This document shows, one piece after another, positions 1 through 9,453 of a stretch of DNA of 64,000 nt. A program made the translations under genes and the position numbers. The DNA is from Bacteroidales bacterium (GTDB lineage: Bacteria; Bacteroidota; Bacteroidia; Bacteroidales; TTA-H9). The notes under the pieces are model-generated. The model was not told the origin of the DNA. It saw nothing but the letters and a program-made list of their open reading frames with translations, and searched no databases. Location: contig DAONSX010000003.1 in NCBI GenBank assembly GCA_035411425.1, positions 27,534 to 91,533 on the forward strand, read 5' to 3'. Within the stretch, counting starts at the first letter, position 1. Each line of letters begins with the position of its first letter.

Positions 1-17
1 CGAATTGTCTGTATTAT

Positions 18-2669
18 TTGAACAATTCGGATGAATATCGTCCGATTCCGGCCTTTTATTGGAATAACGCCCAAACTTCGATAAAGTCATTTCGTCTTAA
101 AGATACCTTGCATCTCAAAGAAAAAACCTATTCTCATTTTCTGGCCGAGACATCCTCACAACCTAAAGTAAGTAAAAACGCAAATGGCCAATATTATCAG
201 GTTTCTGGGCAAAGAATCGTATTAATGGGAAAAGAAAATGGTGGGATAAAAGAAATTTGGGTTCATCCTTTTATGGCAATGTACGATTATAAAGTCATTT
301 TACAAGCGCCTTCACCTGCTCTGCCTGTTTATCTGGACAGTTTAATACCCGAGATCACCATTCGACCTGGTTGTATAAAACGACACTATCAACTGCAGAA
401 TAACTCCTTGAATGAAATCATCGTAGCCCATCCCGAAAAGGGCATTGCAACAATTCATTATGAATTCGAAGGGGATGAAAAAACTCATCTGTATATAACT
501 TATCAGAGCAATTTTCGTTTGATGTGGCCCTACAGCGAAAAAGCTTCGAGGATTTTGCGTTACAGCAAGGGAAACAAAAACAGATTTCACATAATTACAG
601 ATTTTACACAGGACTATGTCTGTTTGACAGGTTCACAAAGAATTCCTCATCAAACGAAAGCCGGTCATTTTAATGGCTTCACCTTTGATGAACAGGCAAG
701 AATTATTGGCCATGTTACTGATGAGGCGATAGCATCGTGTTGCTATGACTATTTACTCAAAAGCAAAGATACCCTCGACTTTCTAATTATTGCCGGAAGC
801 GAAGGATTACAGGCAGCCCTCGACAATTTTTCTTCAACAGCAAAAAATTCTGCTCGGTTATCGAGCGAGCACGAAAAAGCGATGAAAAATCTTTACGAAT
901 ATCATCTTCAGATTGAAACACCAGATACACTTTTTAATGAAGCATGGAAATGGTATTTGGCAGGAATAAACAGTTTCTACATAGAAACGCCACAGTTGGG
1001 AAGGTCACTGGTAGCAGGCTTCAATTGGACAGGGACCGGCTGGAATGGAGGCCATCGCATAGATGGAAGACCTGGATATAGTTGGTACTTTGGAAGAGAT
1101 AGCGAATGGTCGGCTTTAGCCATTTTAGACTATGGCGATTTTGAAAAGGCAAAGGATGTCTTAAGCATGTTAAGCGATTATCAAGACCTCAACGGTAAAA
1201 TCTTTCATGAACTAACTACCAGCGGTTTTGTCCATTACGATGCTGCTGATGCCACTCCTTTATATATAGTTCTGGCTTGCCGATATCTTCGCCATACGGG
1301 AGATACGGCTTTTATCCGTTCAATATGGCCTAACTTACTCCAAGCCTATAAATTTTGCAAATCTACCGATACTGATTACGATCATTTGATCGAGAACACC
1401 AATGTTGGACATGGTTGGGTAGAAGGCGGCCCATTATATGGTTCTCATACTTCACTTTATCTGGCTTCGTGCTGGAATGAAGCTCTAATTGCTATGGCTG
1501 AAATGGCATCAGTGATGAACGAGGATAGCCTCGCCCACGAATGCAGCAAGGAAGCTTATATTGTGAACCATCTCTTGAACGATAGCTTTTACGATACGCA
1601 TGAGCAATCGTGGCGTCAGGGTTTGATGAAAGATGGCACTTGGCATAAATTAGAATCGGTCATGCCAGCAGTTCCAGCATTATTTGGTCAAATGAAGGAG
1701 GAGTCTCTCCAAACATTTATTGAGAAAACATTGGGAAATGAATATATTACTAATTATGGCAGCAGAATTTTGAGCAATCTTAGTCCATACTATCATCCCC
1801 ATGCTTATCACGCCGGCTCGGTATGGCCGCTCTTTACCGGATGGCATGCTATGGCAGCTTACAAAGCGAATGCTTTCGAAACTGGATTTAGGCTTATCAT
1901 GGCGAACATGAATATTTTTCGTCATTGGGGCTACGGATATTCAGAGGAGGTATTGAACGGAGATGTATATGAACCTGCAGGTGTATGTCGGCATCAATGC
2001 TGGTCGGAGACAATGGCCATTCAGCCTGTGGCAGAAGGAATGCTGGGCTTCGAACCAAATGCCTTGCAAAATATCCTTCGGATTGCACCAGCATTGCCTC
2101 CCCACTGGAATTCAATCCATATCCATAATCTCCGATTCAAAGAATCGCTCATTCATTTTACTATGCATACCGATGACTTCAAACAAAGCTGGCAATTCAA
2201 TATCCATGGAAATTGTTCGCCCCAAGTTATTTTTGCTCCTTATTTCCCAGTAGGAAGCCGGATAAATTCGATAGCAATAAATGGACAATCGGCTCATTTC
2301 GAAGAGGTTATAAATGAAAGATATACTCAAATTGTAATTTATTTCAAGCTGGATAATTCTACTCGGATAGAAATAAATTATGAACCAGGGATTTCTATTA
2401 TCCCAGAAATTAACTTACCCGAGCCAGGAGACAAAGCAGATGGACTGAGAATCATACAATCTTATATAGTTGATTCGGTTTATGTTATAGAAATTGAAGC
2501 ACCACAAAACACTCAACATACTATTAAAATAAAGACATCAGGCGAAAGGCAGTATTTGATTGACGGTGGGTATTTAAAGAGTTGCAAAGATAGAATTATA
2601 GAAATCGGAGTCAACTTTCAGGATTCCGAAAAACCTTATGTAAGAAAAAAAATCAGGCTTAAGATATAA
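18..2669 (+). CDS. Glycoside hydrolase with an (alpha/alpha)6-barrel, glycogen-debranching / amylo-alpha-1,6-glucosidase-like. The frame is open to the left window edge, so the 5' end may be missing.
   Basis: 883-aa ORF. The core motif GRPGYSWYFGRDSEWSALAILDYGDFEKAKDVL...DATPLYIV is typical of GDE_C/six-hairpin glycosidases. No signal peptide is visible. There are no in-frame stops in nt 3-17, and the ORF-track start is a TTG. Confidence 0.6.
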   Translation: MNNSDEYRPIPAFYWNNAQTSIKSFRLKDTLHLKEKTYSHFLAETSSQPKVSKNANGQYYQVSGQRIVLMGKENGGIKEIWVHPFMAMYDYKVILQAPSPALPVYLDSLIPEITIRPGCIKRHYQLQNNSLNEIIVAHPEKGIATIHYEFEGDEKTHLYITYQSNFRLMWPYSEKASRILRYSKGNKNRFHIITDFTQDYVCLTGSQRIPHQTKAGHFNGFTFDEQARIIGHVTDEAIASCCYDYLLKSKDTLDFLIIAGSEGLQAALDNFSSTAKNSARLSSEHEKAMKNLYEYHLQIETPDTLFNEAWKWYLAGINSFYIETPQLGRSLVAGFNWTGTGWNGGHRIDGRPGYSWYFGRDSEWSALAILDYGDFEKAKDVLSMLSDYQDLNGKIFHELTTSGFVHYDAADATPLYIVLACRYLRHTGDTAFIRSIWPNLLQAYKFCKSTDTDYDHLIENTNVGHGWVEGGPLYGSHTSLYLASCWNEALIAMAEMASVMNEDSLAHECSKEAYIVNHLLNDSFYDTHEQSWRQGLMKDGTWHKLESVMPAVPALFGQMKEESLQTFIEKTLGNEYITNYGSRILSNLSPYYHPHAYHAGSVWPLFTGWHAMAAYKANAFETGFRLIMANMNIFRHWGYGYSEEVLNGDVYEPAGVCRHQCWSETMAIQPVAEGMLGFEPNALQNILRIAPALPPHWNSIHIHNLRFKESLIHFTMHTDDFKQSWQFNIHGNCSPQVIFAPYFPVGSRINSIAINGQSAHFEEVINERYTQIVIYFKLDNSTRIEINYEPGISIIPEINLPEPGDKADGLRIIQSYIVDSVYVIEIEAPQNTQHTIKIKTSGERQYLIDGGYLKSCKDRIIEIGVNFQDSEKPYVRKKIRLKI

Positions 2670-2681
2670 TAGAGACAAAAA

Positions 2682-2710
2682 AGCCGTCCAGTCTTATTGA
2701 TTGGACGGCT
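2682..2710 (-). terminator. Intrinsic terminator hairpin between convergent genes, oriented mainly for the minus-strand susC-susD-susE operon
   Basis: agccgtcca (2682-2690) pairs with tggacggct (2702-2710) across an 11-nt loop. The A-run just upstream on the + strand gives a T-run after the hairpin on the - strand. Confidence 0.55.
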
Positions 2711-2735
2711 AAGCTCAATAATCAAGCTATCGGAA

Positions 2736-3875
2736 TTACTTGATAGAATATGTCATAGTAGCCAGGTCGACCTTAACGGTGTAGGTACCTGCTGTAGGAG
2801 GACAAGGGATAGAAAGTGGGTCAGGTTCACTTTCAGTAGGTCTAAGAACAAGTGGCCCACCAGTTGAAGTTCCAGTTTCATTGGTTCCATACTGTGGAGC
2901 CCATTGTCCGAGAACCTCAATGAATTTCAGCCATTTACCACCACCGCCAAGCTCTATGCTTATCTCGAAGATGCCCGGAGCCAGTTTGGTCATTGGGATA
3001 GCATTATTGTTATCCCAAGCGGCAGGAGTACCATCTCCAAGGATATAAAGCTGTGGAGAAGCTGGAGTAACGGTATAATTCAAATTAGCCGTATCTGCTA
3101 CTATCCGATAGTCACCACTGACATCTGGTGCAGGGATAGCAGGAGGATCGGTAACTGTTTCATCGGGACGATATGACAGAGGTCCTGACTGCCAGGTTCC
3201 CGAGGCATCGGTTCCCCATTGCGGCGCCCAGGCACCCAGACAGGAAATGAATTTGATATACATATCCGTTCCGGTGGTTAAGTTCGCCACGATAGCAAAC
3301 TTTCCTTCGCCTATCCAGCTCATTTCCAATGCTTTCATATTATCCCAACCCACTTCAGTTGCACTACCAAGCAGGTAGATGGGTTTAATATGGATAGCTG
3401 CAGAATAAGGCGTGATTGAAACCTTCACTACATCGGAATAGGTACTCTCGGCACCCGCATTGTTTACGATAAATGAGTTGACCCTAAAAAAGATGTCATG
3501 AGGTACATCGGGTTGCACTCCCAAAATGGTAAGCAAAATGTTATTCAAGCCTCCATAGTTGATGGCAAAGGATACATCTTCTGAGCTAACCATGGTATAA
3601 GGCTTGGGAAAAGTAGCCGAGGTATCCATTTGCAGGATATATTTGGTAGCCGGAAGATTATTTAGATTGTAAACCGTAGGGCTCCAAATTATATTAAAGG
3701 TATTATCCTTTTGAGACTCGAGGAGCACCAACTGACTGCCATTGGCAGGTGTAGAAATCACAGGCTTCTGGGTGAGACTCATATCGAGTACCGGATCTTT
3801 ATCTTCATCGGAGCAAGCCGCAAAAAAGAGGCTGAGTCCCATCAATATCGATAAAAAAGCAACAGGTTTCTTCAT
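2736..3875 (-). CDS. SusE/SusF-like outer-membrane glycan-binding lipoprotein
   Basis: Lipoprotein signal with the lipobox Cys in LSLFFAAC-SDE. Two C-terminal beta-sandwich repeats (YLLGSATEVGWDN...WAPQWGT and LYILGDGTPAAWDNN...WAPQYGT). Lies directly downstream of susD. Confidence 0.75.
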   Translation of the reverse strand: MKKPVAFLSILMGLSLFFAACSDEDKDPVLDMSLTQKPVISTPANGSQLVLLESQKDNTFNIIWSPTVYNLNNLPATKYILQMDTSATFPKPYTMVSSEDVSFAINYGGLNNILLTILGVQPDVPHDIFFRVNSFIVNNAGAESTYSDVVKVSITPYSAAIHIKPIYLLGSATEVGWDNMKALEMSWIGEGKFAIVANLTTGTDMYIKFISCLGAWAPQWGTDASGTWQSGPLSYRPDETVTDPPAIPAPDVSGDYRIVADTANLNYTVTPASPQLYILGDGTPAAWDNNNAIPMTKLAPGIFEISIELGGGGKWLKFIEVLGQWAPQYGTNETGTSTGGPLVLRPTESEPDPLSIPCPPTAGTYTVKVDLATMTYSIK

Positions 3876-3897
3876 ATTACAAAGCTTTTAATGATTC

Positions 3898-6111
3898 TTA
3901 ATATAGATCTGAATTCTGTTTGAGGTTAGGATTGGCTCCTAAGTCGGATGAAGGAATGGGGAAGAGATTGAGATGAGGGGAAGTTTTGGTTCCATCGGGT
4001 ACTTTCCCTTTCCATGGCCATACATACGATCCATCAGTAAACTGACCAAAGCGGATCAAATCGGTACGGCGATGTCCTTCCCAATAGAGTTCACGCGCTC
4101 GCTCATCGAGCATAAAATCCAGTGTTAGTTTACTGGCTGTGATATTTCCACTAGTTTCTCCACCATAAGCACGTGTACGAACTTCATTCACATAATTCAG
4201 AGCATCACTTAAACTGCCATTGGTAGCTCCACGCAACACAGCTTCGGCATACATCAGGTAAACATCGGCAAGACGGAACATGGGGAAATCTGTATCCACA
4301 TAAGTGAGATCACTTCCTGAGGTTCCATTTCGTTTTATGTTTTTCCATTTGGTAACTGCCCAACCATTGGTGAAATCTTCTATATTATTGATTTCGAGTG
4401 ATTGTCCGTCAGTGAAAAACATGGCACGATGATCATAGCTGGTGCGTTCTACAACATAAGTATAATCTGGAATGCCAAGTTTAAGACTAATCATATAAGT
4501 GCCACTTTGGGAAATAGGAATATTATCTCCTCCATAATCGAGTATTCCATCTGCTCCAGTATCACCCAAGTTAATATCCCATGCATTGTTAGCTCTAAAT
4601 TTGAAGCTGCCAGCAGTAAGATCAAGTGTAATGGTCCATAACTTACTTGAAGGATCATAAGTCATCATTTGGTCGGAATCCCAGCCGCCGGGAGTTGCAT
4701 CACCGATAATACCCCAATCGGTTTTCACCACGGTATAAGTTAAGGTATTTAGATCGACATTAATTTTGTAATAACCAGGATCAGCTGCTACTATGTTGGC
4801 ACCATTAGCATCGAGGGTACCATCCGCACCATCATCTCCATAATTTATATCCCAATTGGGGCCTGTTGTAAACTTAAACTCAGTATTGGCATCGGGAAAA
4901 TATAAATAACCTTCGTAAGTATTATCGCTTAGTTTAGAAGCTAAGACAGTTTCAGTATTAGAAGGATCCCATCCTTGATAACTGCCAGGTACATAAATTA
5001 TAGGATAGTCGGCTTTTTTTAGTTTTTTGCCGGGATTAGGTGAAATACGCAAGCTTGAAGTAGCATCAGGATAAAATTTATAGACAAAAGCCTTAGTTGC
5101 ACGTGTGCCACCCCAGCCTCCATTAACACCATACTTCATTGGATCCATTTTTCCACCAATAGCAGCATGTACCAGAAAAGTCGTTCCTCCCCAAGTCTGC
5201 GTTCTCATTCCATCGAAATTGATCGAGAAAATGACCTCGTTGGAACGATCATTATCAGCCATAAAGAGATGTTCATAATTTGGCTCGAGGATATAACCCG
5301 CATCGATGATTTTTTTGGTATAGGTTACTACCTCATCGTAATGTTTCGCGCCAGTATATACTTCAGAGTTGAGGTACAATTTAGCCAAAAGCATCCAAAC
5401 AGCGGCTTTATCGGCGCGTCCATATTCATTTTGGCGAGCATCTATCATCAAAGGTTCTATCTCAAGCAATTCCTTTTCGATGTAATCGAAAAGATCTTTA
5501 CGGCTAATTTGAGGTGGGAAGAATGAGCCTACAGGGTCTTTTTCGGTCACAAAAGGAACTGTCCCAAACATATCGAGAGCATGATAATAGCTCAAAGCAC
5601 GCATAAACCGGGCTTCAGCACGATAATGTTCGATATCGGTACGAAGGCTGCCAGTAACATTGCGTTCATCGAGTTTAGCATCGGTTGTTTCTCTGATAAA
5701 TTCATTACAAAGAGAAATTTGATAGAATATACGATAGTAGAAGGCGGAGATAAAAACATCGCCGGCACCCCATGTCTGCCAATGGAAATCCTTTATTGTC
5801 TGGTCGTTCCATCCAATAATGGCTTCATCGGTAGTGAGTTCCTGGTGATACCAATACCCACGCAGATATTGGCCAAATCCTTCGTCAATACCACTAATAT
5901 CGGGCATGCCCGAAGGGCCCTGTTGACCGGAGACAGCCAAGCCGGCATAAATTTTAGCAAGAATCTGCTTGTAGGCTTTAGGATTTTCATATACCTGGGC
6001 TGAAGTAACAACATCCTTGTCAATTGGAACTGTATCGAGGTCCTTGGTGCAGGAGGCCAAAACAAAGCTCATACCTGCAAAAATTAAAAAGAATTTACTG
6101 AACTTATTCAT
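3898..6111 (-). CDS. susD: SusD/RagB-family nutrient-binding lipoprotein, unusually long at 737 aa, carrying an internal pair of SusE/F-like beta-sandwich modules
   Basis: Lipobox FVLASC. Canonical SusD regions are present (YRAEARFMRALSYYHALDMFG, FPMFRLADVYLMYAEA, RARELYWEGHRRTDLIRF). An about 200-aa insert at aa ~350-556 has the duplicated pattern FKF..NWDIN.GD.GADG.LD..G.NI. Confidence 0.9.
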   Translation of the reverse strand: MNKFSKFFLIFAGMSFVLASCTKDLDTVPIDKDVVTSAQVYENPKAYKQILAKIYAGLAVSGQQGPSGMPDISGIDEGFGQYLRGYWYHQELTTDEAIIGWNDQTIKDFHWQTWGAGDVFISAFYYRIFYQISLCNEFIRETTDAKLDERNVTGSLRTDIEHYRAEARFMRALSYYHALDMFGTVPFVTEKDPVGSFFPPQISRKDLFDYIEKELLEIEPLMIDARQNEYGRADKAAVWMLLAKLYLNSEVYTGAKHYDEVVTYTKKIIDAGYILEPNYEHLFMADNDRSNEVIFSINFDGMRTQTWGGTTFLVHAAIGGKMDPMKYGVNGGWGGTRATKAFVYKFYPDATSSLRISPNPGKKLKKADYPIIYVPGSYQGWDPSNTETVLASKLSDNTYEGYLYFPDANTEFKFTTGPNWDINYGDDGADGTLDANGANIVAADPGYYKINVDLNTLTYTVVKTDWGIIGDATPGGWDSDQMMTYDPSSKLWTITLDLTAGSFKFRANNAWDINLGDTGADGILDYGGDNIPISQSGTYMISLKLGIPDYTYVVERTSYDHRAMFFTDGQSLEINNIEDFTNGWAVTKWKNIKRNGTSGSDLTYVDTDFPMFRLADVYLMYAEAVLRGATNGSLSDALNYVNEVRTRAYGGETSGNITASKLTLDFMLDERARELYWEGHRRTDLIRFGQFTDGSYVWPWKGKVPDGTKTSPHLNLFPIPSSDLGANPNLKQNSDLY

Positions 6112-6131
6112 ATTAGCTGTTTTTTTATCGG

Positions 6132-9125
6132 TTAAAATATTAAATTAAGACCCAGAACGAATACCCTGGTACGAGGATACATGCTATAGTCGATCCCGCT
6201 GAATATTTCAGGATCGAGACCTTTGTAATTGGTAATGGTAAACACGTTATTTACCGTAGCCGAAAGACGCAGTTTAGCGCTGCTGTTGAACAATTTATCG
6301 AAAGTATAGCCTATGGCTAAATTATCCAATTTGAAGAAGGAAGCATTTTTGATGTAATAATCGGAGAGATATTGAGGAACTTTAAAGCCTGTTTCGGCAA
6401 CATCGGCACTTACATTGGCCAGATAAGGTCCCTCGGGGCGGTATAGACGTTCATAGGTAGAATTATTAGAGCTGAAGTTATCATATACATAGTTGCCTAT
6501 ATTAGCCCGACCGCTAAATATGAAATCCCAGTTCTTGTATTGCATACGGCTGTTGATGCCCAGATAGACATCGGCTGCAGGTTTTTTATAATGATATCTA
6601 TCATCATCGTTGATTTTTCCATCTTTATTGCGGTCAACATAAAGCCCTTCGATGGGTTTTCCATTGGCATCGTAAACCTGTTCATAAACGAAGAAACTGT
6701 TAGAAGGGTAACCTACCGAATGAATTTGGATGGTATTGCCAACGCCACCTGCAATGGTACCTACAAGTACTCCTAAATAGTTAGGATCGTCACTTGCTGT
6801 TAGTTTGGTAATTTTATTTTTGTTATAGGTAGCATTGACACCCAAATCCCAGTAGAAATCTGGACCAACAAAAGGTTTCCCATTGATGGCAAACTCCACT
6901 CCTTTATTTTCGAGGTCGCCTATATTGGTGGTGATGTAGTTGGAAAGATTAGAACCTGCCGGCACAGGAATGAAGTTGATAAGATCTTTGGTTTTTCTCC
7001 AATAAACATCCAGCGAACCATAGATTCTATCGTTAAGGAAACCATAATCGAGTCCGATATTGGTAGTTGTGGTTTCTTCCCATTTGATATTCGGGTCATA
7101 ACCTTCGGGACGCAAGGTGATCAACGTATCTGTCCCCAGAATGTAAGAAGCTGTAGCCCAAGAACTCGTGTAACGAGGTAAATATGGATAGTCATCATTG
7201 GTAATGTTTTGTTGACCTGTGATACCCCAACCCAAACGAAGCTTCAATTGGGATAGGGTTTTCATATTTTTCATCCAAGGTTCATCCATGATTCTCCAGG
7301 CTAAGGCAACCGAAGGGAACAATCCCCAGCGATTATCCTTCGAAAATCTCGAAGAACCATCATCACGCAACGTAAAGGTAAGTAGGTACCTATCGAACAA
7401 GGAATAATTGAACCTCGTAAAGAAAGAAACCAAATAAAATTCACTTTTATTTGAACTTGTATCGAAAATTCTCTTTTGGATAAAGAAAGGTCCATTCAAA
7501 TCGTTGGTCGTTGAATTCGTATCCTCACGATAGAAATGCTGCCATGAATAACCACCCATGACATCGAATTTGCTAAATATGGTGGGAACTTCTTTGACGT
7601 AATTTAAAGTAAAATCGAGCAGTTCATTACGTTTTTCCTGAGTATATTGTGTGTTAGTGCCACCTCCATATTGAGGGTCGAAAGCAAAAGCGGCATTTCC
7701 TGGGACATAAACTGTTCCATTGGTTTTAGAATAATCGAGACCAAGGTTAAGGTTAGCTCTCAATTCAGGAAGGAAGGGCATTTTATAATCGAACTGGGCG
7801 TTTCCTAAGAATCGGCTCACATCAGCATTATCGTGTTTTTGTTCAAGCAGTGCCACTGGATTATCGGTCGCTTGATCCACAGGATTTCCATTGGCTTGAA
7901 GCCAGGTCCAGTATCCACCATAAGCGTTCGAGTCGTGAACTGGTTTGGTGGGATCCATCTGAATGGCCGACCCAATAGCATCTTCATTGGCAAAACGCTG
8001 GTCGATGAACATTCCCTTTCCGTTGAGGTTAATTTTTAGGTTGTCATCGAAAAGAGAAGGATTAAGGTTGAGTCCAAAGGTCGTTCTTTGCATATTGTCG
8101 GTCTTAAGAATGCCATCATAATTGGCATAGCCCACGGAAGCACGATAGGGCAATGCGCCAATGGCACCTGTTGCACTTACCGTATGATCGTGCGCAAATG
8201 ATGAACGGTAAATTTCCTCTTGCCAATCGGTATTGGCATCTCCCAGCAAAGCAAGAACTTCAGGTCTGTTGGCATAGCGTTCATTGATGATGCTCCTGAA
8301 TTGATCACCATCAAAAACTTCACGTTTTTTAGGGATGGTGTAGAGGGAAAAACCTCCGTTATATTCGAATTGAGGAGCTTTTTTGCCAGGAGCTAAAGTA
8401 CCTTTCTTGGTAGTAATGATTATAACTCCATTGGATGCACGATTACCATAGATAGCTGCTGCCGAAGCATCCTTCAGGATGGTAAAGGTTTCGATGTCGT
8501 TAGGATTGATGGTACTCAATGGATCGCGTGTTCCATAAATGGAAGTATTGTCAATAGGCACACCATCGATAACAAAAAGAGGATCGTTGCTTGCCGACAA
8601 TGAAGAACCTCCACGGATACGGATAGTAGCTCCAGCACCTGGCGCACCACTATTGGTAACAATCTGCACACCGGCCGTTTTACCAGCCATCAATTCAATT
8701 GGGTTGGTAATACTTCCACGGTTAAAATCCTGCGTTGTCACTGCAGTAATCGAACCCGTAGCATCTCCTTTTTTCACCTGTCCATATCCTATAACCAATA
8801 TCTGGCTAAGACTGGTGATGGTTGGAGATAGAGCTACATTAAGGGTTTGTGAGGTTTCAATCACAAACTCCTGAGTTTGATAGCCTACAAATGAAAAAGC
8901 AAGAGTAGATCCCTTAGGTACGGTAATACTGTAATTACCGTTGATGTCAGTAACTGTACCTGTAGTAGTGTTTTTCACTACAATGGTAACTCCTGGTAGC
9001 GTGGTTCCATCAGAAGCATCCGTTACTTTCCCCTTTACTGTAAGCTGCTGCGCAAACGAAGGCAGAGCAACAGCCGCAAAAAAGAAAAGAAACAGTACCT
9101 TCAGTAAGTTAGCATGTTTCATCAT
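6132..9125 (-). CDS. susC: SusC/RagA-family TonB-dependent outer-membrane transporter
   Basis: Signal peptide, then a CarboxypepD_reg-like N-terminus (KGKVTDASDGTTLPGVTIVVKNTTTGTVTDINGNYSI), a plug region (IRIRGGSSLSASNDPLFVIDGVP), a long beta-barrel, and a terminal LGLNLIF. Confidence 0.95.
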   Translation of the reverse strand: MMKHANLLKVLFLFFFAAVALPSFAQQLTVKGKVTDASDGTTLPGVTIVVKNTTTGTVTDINGNYSITVPKGSTLAFSFVGYQTQEFVIETSQTLNVALSPTITSLSQILVIGYGQVKKGDATGSITAVTTQDFNRGSITNPIELMAGKTAGVQIVTNSGAPGAGATIRIRGGSSLSASNDPLFVIDGVPIDNTSIYGTRDPLSTINPNDIETFTILKDASAAAIYGNRASNGVIIITTKKGTLAPGKKAPQFEYNGGFSLYTIPKKREVFDGDQFRSIINERYANRPEVLALLGDANTDWQEEIYRSSFAHDHTVSATGAIGALPYRASVGYANYDGILKTDNMQRTTFGLNLNPSLFDDNLKINLNGKGMFIDQRFANEDAIGSAIQMDPTKPVHDSNAYGGYWTWLQANGNPVDQATDNPVALLEQKHDNADVSRFLGNAQFDYKMPFLPELRANLNLGLDYSKTNGTVYVPGNAAFAFDPQYGGGTNTQYTQEKRNELLDFTLNYVKEVPTIFSKFDVMGGYSWQHFYREDTNSTTNDLNGPFFIQKRIFDTSSNKSEFYLVSFFTRFNYSLFDRYLLTFTLRDDGSSRFSKDNRWGLFPSVALAWRIMDEPWMKNMKTLSQLKLRLGWGITGQQNITNDDYPYLPRYTSSWATASYILGTDTLITLRPEGYDPNIKWEETTTTNIGLDYGFLNDRIYGSLDVYWRKTKDLINFIPVPAGSNLSNYITTNIGDLENKGVEFAINGKPFVGPDFYWDLGVNATYNKNKITKLTASDDPNYLGVLVGTIAGGVGNTIQIHSVGYPSNSFFVYEQVYDANGKPIEGLYVDRNKDGKINDDDRYHYKKPAADVYLGINSRMQYKNWDFIFSGRANIGNYVYDNFSSNNSTYERLYRPEGPYLANVSADVAETGFKVPQYLSDYYIKNASFFKLDNLAIGYTFDKLFNSSAKLRLSATVNNVFTITNYKGLDPEIFSGIDYSMYPRTRVFVLGLNLIF

Positions 9126-9321
9126 ACATCTGGTTTTAGTTATGGTTTAACATTAAATGATTTGGTTAACACCTCTTTTCAGAATATTCTTTCATTTTCG
9201 ATGAAAAAACTACTGAAAACAGATGGTTCGATTTTAACTTTTTCCCGAACCAAATATACAACTTTTTTCGTTTTCAATTGCAAATATGTTTCACTGATTT
9301 TGAGATTTTTGAGTTTTTTTT

Positions 9322-9349
9322 TGCGAAAACGATTTCGCAAACGTTTGCG
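9322..9349. promoter_or_regulatory. Two overlapping LacI-family operator palindromes in the susC/lacI divergent intergenic region
   Basis: CGCAAACGTTTGCG (9336-9349) is a perfect 14-bp palindrome with the central CG typical of LacI/PurR/CcpA-type boxes. TGCGAAAACGATTTCGCA (9322-9339) is palindromic at 16 of 18 positions. Confidence 0.7.
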
Positions 9350-9453
9350 CTTGAAAAATTATTGAATTATTTTCGTTGGCCGCGTATAAATCGTTCGATA
9401 AATCATCGAAGGAAGCGGCATAAAATTATTAAGCAATTAAAAGTCAGGGTATT

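Noticed and set aside
5167-6003. 119-aa and 140-aa + strand ORFs inside susD, with similar ones inside susC
   Set aside because: They are antisense shadows of strongly supported SusC/SusD coding sequence.
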